DNA of 64,000 nt, taken from positions 16,537-80,536 of the IMG/VR virus record IMGVR_UViG_3300011335_000457; one strand, written 5' to 3'. Positions 53,774 to 64,000 of the stretch are shown one piece after another. The translations under genes were made by a program, and so were the position numbers. The first letter of the stretch is position 1, and each line of letters begins with the position of its first letter. The notes beneath the pieces were generated by a model, which was not told the origin of the DNA, made no database searches, and worked only from the letters and a program-made list of their open reading frames with translations. The stretch comes from a virus (taxonomy: Duplodnaviria > Caudoviricetes).

Positions 53774-56700
53774 ATGGGAACCTATTTACAAGGCGTTCAG
53801 TCAATCATACCATCAATACAGCCACATGATCCAGGGATCAACATGGTTGCTAACTTGCTACAGCTTAAGCAAAATCAATATGATACAAACTATAAGTCAT
53901 TAAACAAGATGTATGGTCAGTTTTATTATGCTGATCTAACAAGAGATGACAATATCCAAAAGAGAGATAATACAGTTCAGCAAATTGATTTTGACTTAAA
54001 AAGAATTTCAGGTCTAGATTTGTCTTCTGAACAAAATGTACAACAAGCTTCTCAAATATTTAAGCCTTTCTATGAAGATGGTTCTTTGATGAAAGATATG
54101 GCTTGGACTAAAAACTTTAACAACACACTTGGTGCAGCGGAAGGCTTAACAAAAAGTGATGATGAAAAAGTTAGAGCACAAGCTTGGGATGATGGTATAA
54201 AAGAACTACAGTATAAAAGAGAAGAGTTTAAAAATGCATCAGCTGATGAAGCTATGAGGATGGCATCTCCAGAGTATACACCCTATGTAAATGTACAAGA
54301 GAAAATGTTGAAGCTAAAGAAAGATGCAAATCTATCTTTTGAAAAAACTAGCATGAGTCAAAATGGTAAATGGATACTTAAAAATAAAAACGGTCAGTTA
54401 TTAGTTGAGCCTCTTGCTAATTTATTTGAAGCTCAGCTTGGTGCAGACCCTGCAGTTAAAAAAGTATATGATACTCAAGCTTATGTAAACCGTAAAGACT
54501 TTGCTTATGGTGAAGCTGAAAAATATGGTGGAGTAAAAGAAGCTGAGATGTTTTATTTAGAAGATGCTTATGGTAAGATGAAAAAACTTACTGAGACCAG
54601 ACATGCAGATAAACAAGCTAATGCTAAAGTATATGATGCTAAAATTGCAGATTTAGAAGATCAGATTAAAAAAGAAGGTTCTGATCCTTTATTAGAAAAA
54701 CAATTAGCTGAATTTAAATCAGGTAAAGAAACAAATGATGTTATATTAGGTAAACTAGATCAGCAACTAACACAGTTTAATGGAGCTTATTCAAGTAGTG
54801 GTAATACTAGTACTGGACAATTTCAAAACCCATATAAAGATATTGATCAACTAAGAAGAGTTATAGATGGTAATATGGCTGATACATTGATGAATGAAGA
54901 TATCATGGATGCAGCTAGTCATTTAGCATACACAGATGCAAAAGAAGATTTCAAAGAAAATCCTTATGCAGTCTTGGATGTTAAACATGCTCATCAAATG
55001 TCTGAGATAAATCAAGCTGGTTCTTGGAGATACAAAACTGAAACATTAAAAGGTCAGAATGCTTTAAATAATATTAAAGCTAAAGCTTACTATGATGAGT
55101 ATACTTATAGTGGAGATAAGAAAGCACCTAAGTCTGGTTCTGGTAGTGGTTCAGGCAGTGGAAAAAAAGTAACTGATGAACAAGTTGCAAATGCACAAGC
55201 AGTACTTGCTAATCCTTTTCAAAGTGAAGAAACTAAAACAGCAGCTAAAGCTGTTATTAAAAAAAGTGAAGAACAGAAAGAACAACTTGACGGTGGTTTT
55301 AAAAGAGTTCCTGTAAAAAGTGCTAATTTAGATAAACAAAATACTGCAAATATTGAAAACCAGACTATTTCTACTTTGTTTGATCAAAAAGGAAAGATGG
55401 GTGTTTTAAGTTTACTTAAGCTTTATGACCAACAAATGAATGGTGCTGGCGGTGGACCAAAAATGACACAACAAGAGTTTTATGATCTTACAAAACCTCC
55501 AGGAGCTCCTACATTAATACCCCGTGCAGGTAGTCTTGACTATATGAAATATTCTGACTTCAGTGATCCTAAAGCTTTAATGAAAAAAGTTGAAACTGAA
55601 GGTGCTAATTTTATGCTTAAGCATACCAATCAAGAAGCAATGGATGTTAAGATTAAAACTAGTGCAGGAAAAACAGTTCATGATCCAATGGATATTGCTA
55701 GAAAACAAGCACAAGGACTTCCATATGGTTCTGCTAAATGGTCAACTAAAAAAGAAGATAATTATTTAGCATCCTTTCTTGCTAAAGGTACAGACTATGT
55801 TATTACTAATGCTAATCTTACAAATGTTAAAGCAGCTAATGCACAAGGGTTAGATACACAGTTATCTATTGCAAGCACAATAAGTAATAACATGCAAGAC
55901 TCAAGAAAGTGGAGACATGAAACAAAGAAAATAGTTACCAATGATGTTTATAATAAGTTTAAGAATGATCCTCAAATGATGAGAGACTTTGGAGAAGCTA
56001 AGTTTGATAAAAATGGTAAATATCTAAATACAGATATGTCAAGATTTAAAACTGAACTTAACAATATGTATGATGAGTCTGGTAATTTAAATCCTAACCA
56101 TAAGCTTAAAACTAATTTTGAATTAAATGTTGAAAGAGAAAAACTAGCAAGTGGTAGAAATCAAAAAGGAACTTTTAGTATGGGTACTCCTGATTTTACA
56201 TCACAAAATTTATACCGTGAAGACAGAGAGAGTTCAAATAAAGTTATAGGAGCTCCTATGTATGCACAAGATTCAAAAGCAACTGACTTTTTCAAGGAGT
56301 CAACTTCTATTAAAGATTATATATCTAGCATTAATGAAAAAGTGATGAAACAATTTGTAGAAAGTGCTAGTGATGTGTATTCTGATAAATATGATAAAGA
56401 TTTAATAAAAGAAGTTCCTGGATATAAAAAAGTTAATACCGATGGTGGTACTGGTTTTGGTTCAGAAGGATTACAGAGTAGAGTTGATTTAAGCAAACCA
56501 TTTTCATTAGGAGCAATAACATTTTGGGAATTCACTAAAGATTGGGCTAACATGCGTAATTCTATTGATGGTCTTGATAGAGTAATTACTTTTGAGGGAC
56601 CAAGTGTTACAGGTCTTAAGTCTGGAAAAGTTGAACCAGGTATGTTTTCTTTTACTACAACTTCATTGGATGAAACTACATCTGCTACAGGTAAAAGATT

Positions 56701-57283
56701 GCTTGATGATTATATGGAATGGACTAAAAAACATGGTACTAAAGCCAATGCATTTGATATGACAGCTCAAAGAATTGCTGCAGAAGATATGTCAAAAGGA
56801 GCTATGACTATTAATTTACCAGACAAGTTCTTAAAAGAAATGCTACAAGAGGACAAAAATCCAGGTGGTTATTTAACTCAAGATAACTATGATAATCTTA
56901 CAAAGTATGGTTTAAGTATAGTAGCTCCAAACAAAGATTTTAATAATGCACTACATAACTCAACCATGACTCCTCTACAGTCAACTGTAGAATATAATGA
57001 TGAGTTTGTATGGGATCATCCAAGTGGTCTTGGTTCATTTAAAATTAAAAAGGGTGGTCCAAATGATCCTGATTATGTTACTGAAAAAGTGCTTAAAGAT
57101 TATAATGGAGAAATAGTTGATTCAGCAGTTAATAGTACTACATCATTTGGTGGAAATTTAGAAGGTGCCTTAGGTACTGCAATTGATGATTTGAATGATT
57201 GGGTTTATAAAGATTTAAAAATGTTTAGCCAACAACAACAAAATATTCAAATGCAAACACCTGCAAATAAACAGAATCAATAA
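53774..57283 (+). CDS. Large cargo/ejection protein
   Basis: 1169 aa helical protein in the cargo block. Confidence 0.6.
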   Translation: MGTYLQGVQSIIPSIQPHDPGINMVANLLQLKQNQYDTNYKSLNKMYGQFYYADLTRDDNIQKRDNTVQQIDFDLKRISGLDLSSEQNVQQASQIFKPFYEDGSLMKDMAWTKNFNNTLGAAEGLTKSDDEKVRAQAWDDGIKELQYKREEFKNASADEAMRMASPEYTPYVNVQEKMLKLKKDANLSFEKTSMSQNGKWILKNKNGQLLVEPLANLFEAQLGADPAVKKVYDTQAYVNRKDFAYGEAEKYGGVKEAEMFYLEDAYGKMKKLTETRHADKQANAKVYDAKIADLEDQIKKEGSDPLLEKQLAEFKSGKETNDVILGKLDQQLTQFNGAYSSSGNTSTGQFQNPYKDIDQLRRVIDGNMADTLMNEDIMDAASHLAYTDAKEDFKENPYAVLDVKHAHQMSEINQAGSWRYKTETLKGQNALNNIKAKAYYDEYTYSGDKKAPKSGSGSGSGSGKKVTDEQVANAQAVLANPFQSEETKTAAKAVIKKSEEQKEQLDGGFKRVPVKSANLDKQNTANIENQTISTLFDQKGKMGVLSLLKLYDQQMNGAGGGPKMTQQEFYDLTKPPGAPTLIPRAGSLDYMKYSDFSDPKALMKKVETEGANFMLKHTNQEAMDVKIKTSAGKTVHDPMDIARKQAQGLPYGSAKWSTKKEDNYLASFLAKGTDYVITNANLTNVKAANAQGLDTQLSIASTISNNMQDSRKWRHETKKIVTNDVYNKFKNDPQMMRDFGEAKFDKNGKYLNTDMSRFKTELNNMYDESGNLNPNHKLKTNFELNVEREKLASGRNQKGTFSMGTPDFTSQNLYREDRESSNKVIGAPMYAQDSKATDFFKESTSIKDYISSINEKVMKQFVESASDVYSDKYDKDLIKEVPGYKKVNTDGGTGFGSEGLQSRVDLSKPFSLGAITFWEFTKDWANMRNSIDGLDRVITFEGPSVTGLKSGKVEPGMFSFTTTSLDETTSATGKRLLDDYMEWTKKHGTKANAFDMTAQRIAAEDMSKGAMTINLPDKFLKEMLQEDKNPGGYLTQDNYDNLTKYGLSIVAPNKDFNNALHNSTMTPLQSTVEYNDEFVWDHPSGLGSFKIKKGGPNDPDYVTEKVLKDYNGEIVDSAVNSTTSFGGNLEGALGTAIDDLNDWVYKDLKMFSQQQQNIQMQTPANKQNQ

Positions 57284-57299
57284 TAATTAATGTTTAGTT

Positions 57300-60200
57300 A
57301 TGCCATTTAGTAATGAGTTATTAGCTTCTGCTGGAATAATACCACAGAGTGATAAAGCTACACCGCCTCCATTTTTACAAAATGATCTTGATAAGCAATT
57401 AAATCAAAATCAAAAACAACCTGCTACATTAAAAGAAGCAGCTCAAAACAGACTTTTAAAAGGTTTGGAAAAAGAGATGCAATTTCAAACAACTAATGAT
57501 CAAATAACTCCTTATACATATAATGCTGGTAAAAACAGTAATGCTTTCTATAAAAGATATCATGCTTTTGGTCAAGAGACTTTTGATGAAATAGGTTTTA
57601 GCCCATTTAAAGATAATGATGCAGCATTTAATGCTCAGACTAGTTGGTTAGATAGAACAGAAAGAAGTGTGGTTCATGGATTTGCACCTTTGTTTGCTAC
57701 AGGTTTTGTGTCTGGACCTAAGAGTTTAGGCAGAATGTTAAAGGGAGATTTTAGTGATGATCCAGAAGATGCGGCTAAATATGCTGAGGCAGCTGCAATA
57801 TCACAAGATACATCAGGTGGAGCAGGAGCCTTTTTTAATAACACATTGATGAACTTTGGTTATTCTGCTGGTATTATGGTAGAAGCAATAGCTGAAGAGT
57901 TAGCTATTTCCGCTGCTACTGGTGGTGTTGGTGGTGCTCTTAATCTTGGAAGATTTGCATCTCAACTAGGTAGAGGCATGAGAGGTATTAAAGGTGTTAA
58001 TACTGTTCTTGATGCAGCATCTGGTATAAACAAATCTCTTAAATCACTCACTAATATAAATAAAGCTAGAGAGTTTTTTAATGCAGCAAAGATTGGTGCA
58101 GCATTAGAAACTAGAGTAGGTAAAGCTGCTACTAGTATTGCAAAGTTTGCAAATCCTGCAGAAAATTTATTAGAGACAGGTTTTGATATTGCAAAAAATG
58201 CAAAACAATTACAAGGCTGGAATAGATTTCAAAATGCTACATTCAAAACAGCTGGTGCATTATACAGAGATGTCCGTAATATAAACATGGCCTTATCTGA
58301 AGCTAGGTTAGAAGGTGGTTTTCAAAGAAATGATCTTTACACTCAGTTACGTAATGACTATAAGTCTAAGAATAAAGGTGCAGAGCCATCTGAAGCTTTA
58401 GATGATGCATTTAAAAGAGAAGCTGGAGAAGCTAGTAAAGACTCTATGTTAGCTAATACTCTTTTAATTTTTGCAAGTAATAAAGTTACTTTTGGAAACA
58501 TCATGAATCCTAAAACTGGTTTAGCCAGAATGATGACTAAAAAAGTAGCTGATGTTAAAAAAATGGCTGCTGGTAGAACAGTTAGGGAATTTACAACAGA
58601 CACATTAAAGTCAACAGGAAAGAAATTACTTACTCCAAAGATATCTTATATAAAACCAGGATGGAAAGGGGTTAAAGAAACATATGCTGCTGTTAAAAAA
58701 CAAGGCTTACAAAAAACAGTAAAGGCAACTATTGGCTATACTAAAGCAAATTTAATGGAGGGTGTTCAAGAGTCACTTCAAGAGGTGATAGCTGAAACTA
58801 CTAAAAATGCTCATTTACAATCTTTTTATTCTCAACCGGTTGGTCAGTACATGTATACTGAGGCTCAACGGAAAGTAATGAAAGAAAAAAGTGTATTAGA
58901 ATTAACAGGTGAAGCTTTAGGTAAACAAGTTAGTGGACAAGGTCTTGAAACATTTGCATCAGGTTTTGTAATGGGAGCGTTTGCTTCACCCTTAAATGCT
59001 GCAATACCAACAGTTCAACAGGGTTACATGAAAGTCTTTCAAAAAGAAAAATATGCAGCTTTTAAAGACCAAATAAAAAATCAAGTTGATAGACAAGTTA
59101 AATCAGTAAATGATACACTTAAAAATGATCCACTTAAATTATATAATACTAATCTTTTTGGTTTAGGTACTCAAACAGAACTTGCTAAAGTTATTGAAGG
59201 AGGAGACACTAAACAACAACGGGATGCTTCTAATGAAGCTGCTGTAAGAAGTATTACTGATGTGATTGAAATGGATTCTATGGATATATGGACAGACCAT
59301 ATGGAATCTTTAAAAGAATTAACTACTGAAGAATATGCAGAAGCTCATGGTCTAACACTTGAACAAGCTGAAGGTCATGTTGAAAAACTTGACAAAATAA
59401 TTAATAAAGCTAAAGAGATAGAGAAGCTATATAAAAATGTTAATGAAAGACTTCCTAATCCTATAGATCTTAATGATTATGAAAAAGGAACTAAAGAATA
59501 TGAAAAGGCTGCAGTTTATCATAAAGCTTGGGAAGAAGGTAAGAAAGGAATAATTTTTTATAATGAGACCTATAAAGACACTATGACAAGAATGCAGAGT
59601 GTTTTTCAAGATGTTGCTAGTGATGAGTTGCTTGGTAAGATTGATCCTAATAGAGTTCAGGCTTTGTTTAAAGCTGATAGAATGAATGGAGAAATACAAG
59701 TTCTTGAAAGTGAGATAGCTGGTTTAGAAGGAATGACAGATCCTGATTCTAAAAAAAATCTTAGACAGTCTAAAGAAACATTAGCTTCACTAAAAGAATT
59801 TAAAGCAGACTATGATAACTTTATGAGTCACTTCTTTGAAGGTGATCAAGTTAGAGATACTGGTGAAGCTGAGTTTGTACAAAAAGAAATATCAACTCTT
59901 GAGACACAATTAAGCAATACTAAAAATAAATCTGACAGAGGTTTAATACAGACTAAGTTAGATAATCTTAGAAAAAGATCTGAAGGCTTAAAAACATCTG
60001 AAGAAAAAGATGAGACTAAACAAGCTATTGCATCTAAGAAAGCTCAATTAAGTGATGTTGATTCTAAGATAGATGAGCTCAATGATAGAAAAGAAAAACT
60101 ATCTAACCCAGAATACTATGAGGCTTATGCAAAAGATAAAGCATATGCTGAAAAAGAAAGTGCACTTATAGACAGACAGTTAGCTAAGTTAAATAAAGAA

Positions 60201-63200
60201 CGTGCTGAAATTGAGGATAGTATTTCTGGAGATGCCTCTTTTGCTGATGATAAAATAATGACCAAGCTAGAGTCTTCATTTAAAAAGTATATGTTGAGAC
60301 TAGCAAAACAAAGTGATGATGTAATATTAAATGATAAGATTGATGATGCTTTTGAAAAACTAGTTGATTACTACAGGTTAGGTAAAGAGTCAGGAAAACT
60401 AGCAGATGCAATTAACATGCTTAATGATCCAGAAGGTTTCATGGACCATGTTGATAGAACATATGACTGGATGTATGACATGTGGACTAATAGAGAAGAC
60501 TATATCAGACAAAACATAAACAATCAGTTAGAAAGACTTAAGTTTAATGAGTTATTAAACAACATGGCTGCTCAAGGTATTTATGTTGACTTAGATGATT
60601 TTGCTGTATTCAAACAAACAGGAGTTATACCTACAGAGTTCTTTGATGCTACAAATAAAAGAGTAATTAAATCTGGTAGTCCTATCTATGATAATGTAGC
60701 TAATGAGTTTATGAAATTGTCTTTCTTTCAAGACATGCTTGAAAACCAAAGGACTGAAAGTCAAAAGCTTGATAATGAGCTTGAGAGACTTAACATGGAA
60801 GAACAGGATGAAATAAAAAGACTTCCAAGAGTACCTACTAAAGTAACTGTAAGACAGATAGATAATACCAATGAGTTTTCAGTAAAGGTTGTTAATGATC
60901 AATTAAGCAATGGTCAATCTGCTGAAACAAAATATACTGATGAAGGTGTACAGAAAACACAGGTTTTCTTTAAAGATGCTGATGGTATACTAAGATATGA
61001 TGATGCTTCAGGAGAGATAATTGATTTGAAAATGGACTTGAAGTTTAATTCAGGTGAGATATTTGAAATCATTGATAGACCAACTGATGCTGATGTTAAA
61101 GCTGTAAATGAAAAATATGCTGAGCTTAGAGCTGAGTTAGCAGAAAGATCTGTTGAAGAATCAGCACAAGCTTTTGTTCCTACAGAACAGGTTGAGATTG
61201 AAGAAATCACACCTGATACACCAATAGAAGCTATGCCAGAAGAATTAAGGCTAGCACTTATTGATGGGTATGATGCATATAGAGCTAGACCGGAAAATAA
61301 AAACTTGTTTCCTGATACTTTAAGTGAAGAAGATCTACAAGATAAATTTAAGTTATATATAAAATCTGAGTCAGAGGCTTTTGAGATAATAGAAACTTAT
61401 GTAAAAAACCAAAAGCTAAAAGGAGTTACAACAGCAGCAGGTGAAGCTGTAGTGCCTACACTTACATTACCATCTGGTGATAAAATATCTGCTGATGATG
61501 CAACTGATGCTATGCTTGAGGCTGCATTACAGAGTTATAGATTTGCTATACAAGAACTAAGTGCTAAGACTCCTACTACATTAACCACTGAAGAAAGAGA
61601 ACTCCTTGCTAAATACAAAGCTAAAGCTAATGTCTTGTCTGCTTATATAGAAAATAAAAGAGTTGGTGAATTAAGTCCTGAGTTAAGATTAGCTAAGGCT
61701 AGAATTGACTTGCTTATTAAAGAGCAGGATAGAATCACACCAATGAAAACTGGTTATAAAGTTGATGAGGATATTCTTAGAAGGGTTAGTAATGTTGTAG
61801 AAGGACTTAAGGATAAGAAGTATGAGTATCTTCTTATAGAAGAAATTAGAGCCATGTTTAATACAACATTAGGTTCTGGTGGAAATCTAAATGACTTTAT
61901 GGCTATGTTGAGATCAGCTAAGCTTCCAGGGTTTAGTGAGAAATCATATACTGCAATAGAAGAACAGTTAAAGGAAATATTAAATGTTACTACTGTAGAC
62001 CAGCAAATGCTTTATTCATTAAGAGAGGATCTTAAAGTAGAAGAAGGTGAGTTTGGTAATCCAGAAAGAGCTGAGGAAATAAGAAATCAAATAGCTACAC
62101 TTGAGAAACAAGTTAAACAAGAAGCTCCTGCTGAAGCTGTTGAAGCCACTCTAAGTTATGAAGATCTAGTAGCTAAGTCAAGAAATGAGATGGGTGTTCT
62201 TGGAGCTAACCTCTCTTTTACATTCTTTGGTAATTTACAGAATGCTATTAAAAATGGCCAGATAAAATCTAAAGAAGACTTAAATGTAATTATAAACAAT
62301 TGGAATGAGTCTGCAGGATACCAAGGATATCCAAATGAGATGAGTGATGCTCAGTCTAATATGTTGTTACAACTATCTGCCGGACTACCTGATGTTACTC
62401 CTGTTGCAGCTAAGAAAGCTGCTCAACCACAAGATACTTTATTAGATAAGGTTGAGAGATTGGTAAAAGAAGAAACATACAATGAAGAGACAGAAGCTGG
62501 TAATTATGTAGATGCTCAATCTAAAGAATTATTTGCTGGTGGTAAACCTGTATTTGATGAGACTAAAATTACTAAAGAAGCCTTTGATAACTTATTTGGA
62601 GAGAACGGATTGTTTCAAATTATGAAACAATGGATGGATACAAATAAATTAGTAATTGTTTCCAAAGGTCTTGTTGTATATGATAAGAGTGCAAATGTTG
62701 CTGGTGAGATTGACTTCTTACTGACTGATGGGAAAAACTTTTATATAGTGGATCTTAAAACAGGAAGTGAAGGTAAATGGGATGGTTATAATGATCCAAA
62801 CAGTAGAGAGTATGAAAAGAAGGTATCTAATATGTTCCAACAGGCTGCATATATTAACTTGTTACATAATATGCTTGGCATTAAAGCCACTGCTAAAATA
62901 TTACCGGTTCAATTAGTAGTACAAAAAGAAACAGGTAAAATACTCAAGGCTTCAAAACCTACTTCACCTAATGCTCTTAAAGCAGGTAAGATACTTATTG
63001 ACCTACCAATAACTGAAGACATACAAGCTAAAGTTAATGAAGCTATACCATTGAATAGTGCACCAACAATAAGCACTGTGCCTCTATCTAATAGTGTGTC
63101 TAACCTTGTTACTGACCCAATAGCTGATGATGTTGAAGGAACTGACTATGAAGAAGGCGGTGATGTACCTACTGGACCTACTGCTAATATGTCTGAGAAA

Positions 63201-63797
63201 GTAAAACAATATGAAACTAAGATAGATCAAGCTAAAGACTATGATGCATTAGAGAGAATTGAGCTTGAAGTAGGAATGGATTCATTGAATATGACAGCAG
63301 AAGATTTGGAAAAAGTGCAAATGTTGTTAGATATAAAAAGGAATACACTTCTTTCAGGTGGAACCAGCACTAAGTCTGAAAAAACTTGGGATAAAGGAAA
63401 CCACATTTATACTGAAAATACTATATTTGTAGAGAAAGGTAAGAATAAAGGGGAAGTATTCTTGAGTCCATTTGACACAGCTGTTATTAGTGATGTTAAT
63501 ATGGAGAAAGGTACAGTAACTATAAAACCTTATGGTAAGACAAATCAAATGACAATTTCCATTGATATGTTAAATAAAATGTTTAAATTAAAGAGTGACA
63601 TATTCACTGAAGAAGATGGTCCTGAAGTTGGTCCAGCTGATGAAAATCTTCAGAATACTTCTAAAGAGTCTACAGATGTTGTATCTACATTGCTTGGAGA
63701 TAAAACAACACAGGCTCAATTAGAAGCTGAAGTTAGCGGTGAGAATGTATCAGTGGATACCACAATTAATGATTTGTTAGATGACCTAGATTGTTAA
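57300..63797 (+). CDS. Giant ejection protein with hydrophobic N-terminal region and PD-(D/E)XK nuclease domain
   Basis: 2165 aa; Gly/Ala TM-like segments, coiled coils, AGEIDFLL...IVDLKTG...FQQAAY. Confidence 0.65.
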   Translation: MPFSNELLASAGIIPQSDKATPPPFLQNDLDKQLNQNQKQPATLKEAAQNRLLKGLEKEMQFQTTNDQITPYTYNAGKNSNAFYKRYHAFGQETFDEIGFSPFKDNDAAFNAQTSWLDRTERSVVHGFAPLFATGFVSGPKSLGRMLKGDFSDDPEDAAKYAEAAAISQDTSGGAGAFFNNTLMNFGYSAGIMVEAIAEELAISAATGGVGGALNLGRFASQLGRGMRGIKGVNTVLDAASGINKSLKSLTNINKAREFFNAAKIGAALETRVGKAATSIAKFANPAENLLETGFDIAKNAKQLQGWNRFQNATFKTAGALYRDVRNINMALSEARLEGGFQRNDLYTQLRNDYKSKNKGAEPSEALDDAFKREAGEASKDSMLANTLLIFASNKVTFGNIMNPKTGLARMMTKKVADVKKMAAGRTVREFTTDTLKSTGKKLLTPKISYIKPGWKGVKETYAAVKKQGLQKTVKATIGYTKANLMEGVQESLQEVIAETTKNAHLQSFYSQPVGQYMYTEAQRKVMKEKSVLELTGEALGKQVSGQGLETFASGFVMGAFASPLNAAIPTVQQGYMKVFQKEKYAAFKDQIKNQVDRQVKSVNDTLKNDPLKLYNTNLFGLGTQTELAKVIEGGDTKQQRDASNEAAVRSITDVIEMDSMDIWTDHMESLKELTTEEYAEAHGLTLEQAEGHVEKLDKIINKAKEIEKLYKNVNERLPNPIDLNDYEKGTKEYEKAAVYHKAWEEGKKGIIFYNETYKDTMTRMQSVFQDVASDELLGKIDPNRVQALFKADRMNGEIQVLESEIAGLEGMTDPDSKKNLRQSKETLASLKEFKADYDNFMSHFFEGDQVRDTGEAEFVQKEISTLETQLSNTKNKSDRGLIQTKLDNLRKRSEGLKTSEEKDETKQAIASKKAQLSDVDSKIDELNDRKEKLSNPEYYEAYAKDKAYAEKESALIDRQLAKLNKERAEIEDSISGDASFADDKIMTKLESSFKKYMLRLAKQSDDVILNDKIDDAFEKLVDYYRLGKESGKLADAINMLNDPEGFMDHVDRTYDWMYDMWTNREDYIRQNINNQLERLKFNELLNNMAAQGIYVDLDDFAVFKQTGVIPTEFFDATNKRVIKSGSPIYDNVANEFMKLSFFQDMLENQRTESQKLDNELERLNMEEQDEIKRLPRVPTKVTVRQIDNTNEFSVKVVNDQLSNGQSAETKYTDEGVQKTQVFFKDADGILRYDDASGEIIDLKMDLKFNSGEIFEIIDRPTDADVKAVNEKYAELRAELAERSVEESAQAFVPTEQVEIEEITPDTPIEAMPEELRLALIDGYDAYRARPENKNLFPDTLSEEDLQDKFKLYIKSESEAFEIIETYVKNQKLKGVTTAAGEAVVPTLTLPSGDKISADDATDAMLEAALQSYRFAIQELSAKTPTTLTTEERELLAKYKAKANVLSAYIENKRVGELSPELRLAKARIDLLIKEQDRITPMKTGYKVDEDILRRVSNVVEGLKDKKYEYLLIEEIRAMFNTTLGSGGNLNDFMAMLRSAKLPGFSEKSYTAIEEQLKEILNVTTVDQQMLYSLREDLKVEEGEFGNPERAEEIRNQIATLEKQVKQEAPAEAVEATLSYEDLVAKSRNEMGVLGANLSFTFFGNLQNAIKNGQIKSKEDLNVIINNWNESAGYQGYPNEMSDAQSNMLLQLSAGLPDVTPVAAKKAAQPQDTLLDKVERLVKEETYNEETEAGNYVDAQSKELFAGGKPVFDETKITKEAFDNLFGENGLFQIMKQWMDTNKLVIVSKGLVVYDKSANVAGEIDFLLTDGKNFYIVDLKTGSEGKWDGYNDPNSREYEKKVSNMFQQAAYINLLHNMLGIKATAKILPVQLVVQKETGKILKASKPTSPNALKAGKILIDLPITEDIQAKVNEAIPLNSAPTISTVPLSNSVSNLVTDPIADDVEGTDYEEGGDVPTGPTANMSEKVKQYETKIDQAKDYDALERIELEVGMDSLNMTAEDLEKVQMLLDIKRNTLLSGGTSTKSEKTWDKGNHIYTENTIFVEKGKNKGEVFLSPFDTAVISDVNMEKGTVTIKPYGKTNQMTISIDMLNKMFKLKSDIFTEEDGPEVGPADENLQNTSKESTDVVSTLLGDKTTQAQLEAEVSGENVSVDTTINDLLDDLDC

Positions 63798-63800
63798 AAG

Positions 63801-64000
63801 ATGAAAATAACATGTGCCTTAAGTGAGACTCAATCTCAAAAATTATATAAAACAATATATAAATCTTTAACAGAAGCAGTAAAATCAGGAGAATTTGATT
63901 CTGAAGCATACATGGCGGACCTGTTTGATAAGATAGCAGATAAGAAAGATGAGGATACTGCAGTTAAGTTCTTACAACAAGTACCATCTATAATTAGAGC
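63801..64000 (+). CDS. Start of another large ORF, runs off the window edge (MKITCALSETQ...)
   Basis: ATG at 63801, open to the end of the window. Confidence 0.65.
   Translation, partial: MKITCALSETQSQKLYKTIYKSLTEAVKSGEFDSEAYMADLFDKIADKKDEDTAVKFLQQVPSIIR

Noticed and set aside
3413-63548. Numerous short antisense or out-of-frame ORFs in the track (e.g. 3413+, 5005+, 17586+, 19336-, 22757-, 49366-)
   Set aside because: They are shadows of longer, motif-bearing genes; AT-rich codon bias yields stop-poor alternative frames
53774-63797. Virion RNA polymerase catalytic subunit
   Set aside because: No DxDxD catalytic motif was seen in these ORFs; it may lie beyond the window
1-64000. Stop-codon recoding (TAG or TGA), known in some crAss-like phages
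   Set aside because: Essential genes and multi-kb ORFs are intact and tightly packed under the standard code

Overview
AT-rich segment of a lytic crAss-like (Crassvirales-type) podophage genome; a Bacteroidota host is inferred from TAnnTTTG promoter boxes, A-rich leaders without Shine-Dalgarno sequences and Bacteroidota-type signal peptides. The two arms diverge at about 6.85 kb. The left arm (minus strand) holds small early-type genes built as repeated terminator/promoter cassettes, a tRNA-Tyr-like gene, several structured non-coding stretches and an HNH endonuclease. The right arm (plus strand) runs from accessory genes, lysis genes and an HU/IHF-like gene through nuclease, terminase, portal, scaffold, major capsid protein, a cluster of small Lys-rich proteins, Cys-rich fibre-like proteins, ring and muzzle tail proteins, to giant cargo/ejection proteins. 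The standard genetic code fits. The strongest unexplained signal is a short [M/Y/F/A/K]-x-x-G-G motif repeated dozens of times in the presumed internal virion proteins and at both portal termini, a candidate maturation-cleavage or capsid-import signal. All product calls come from motifs and gene order recognised by eye; no database searches were run.
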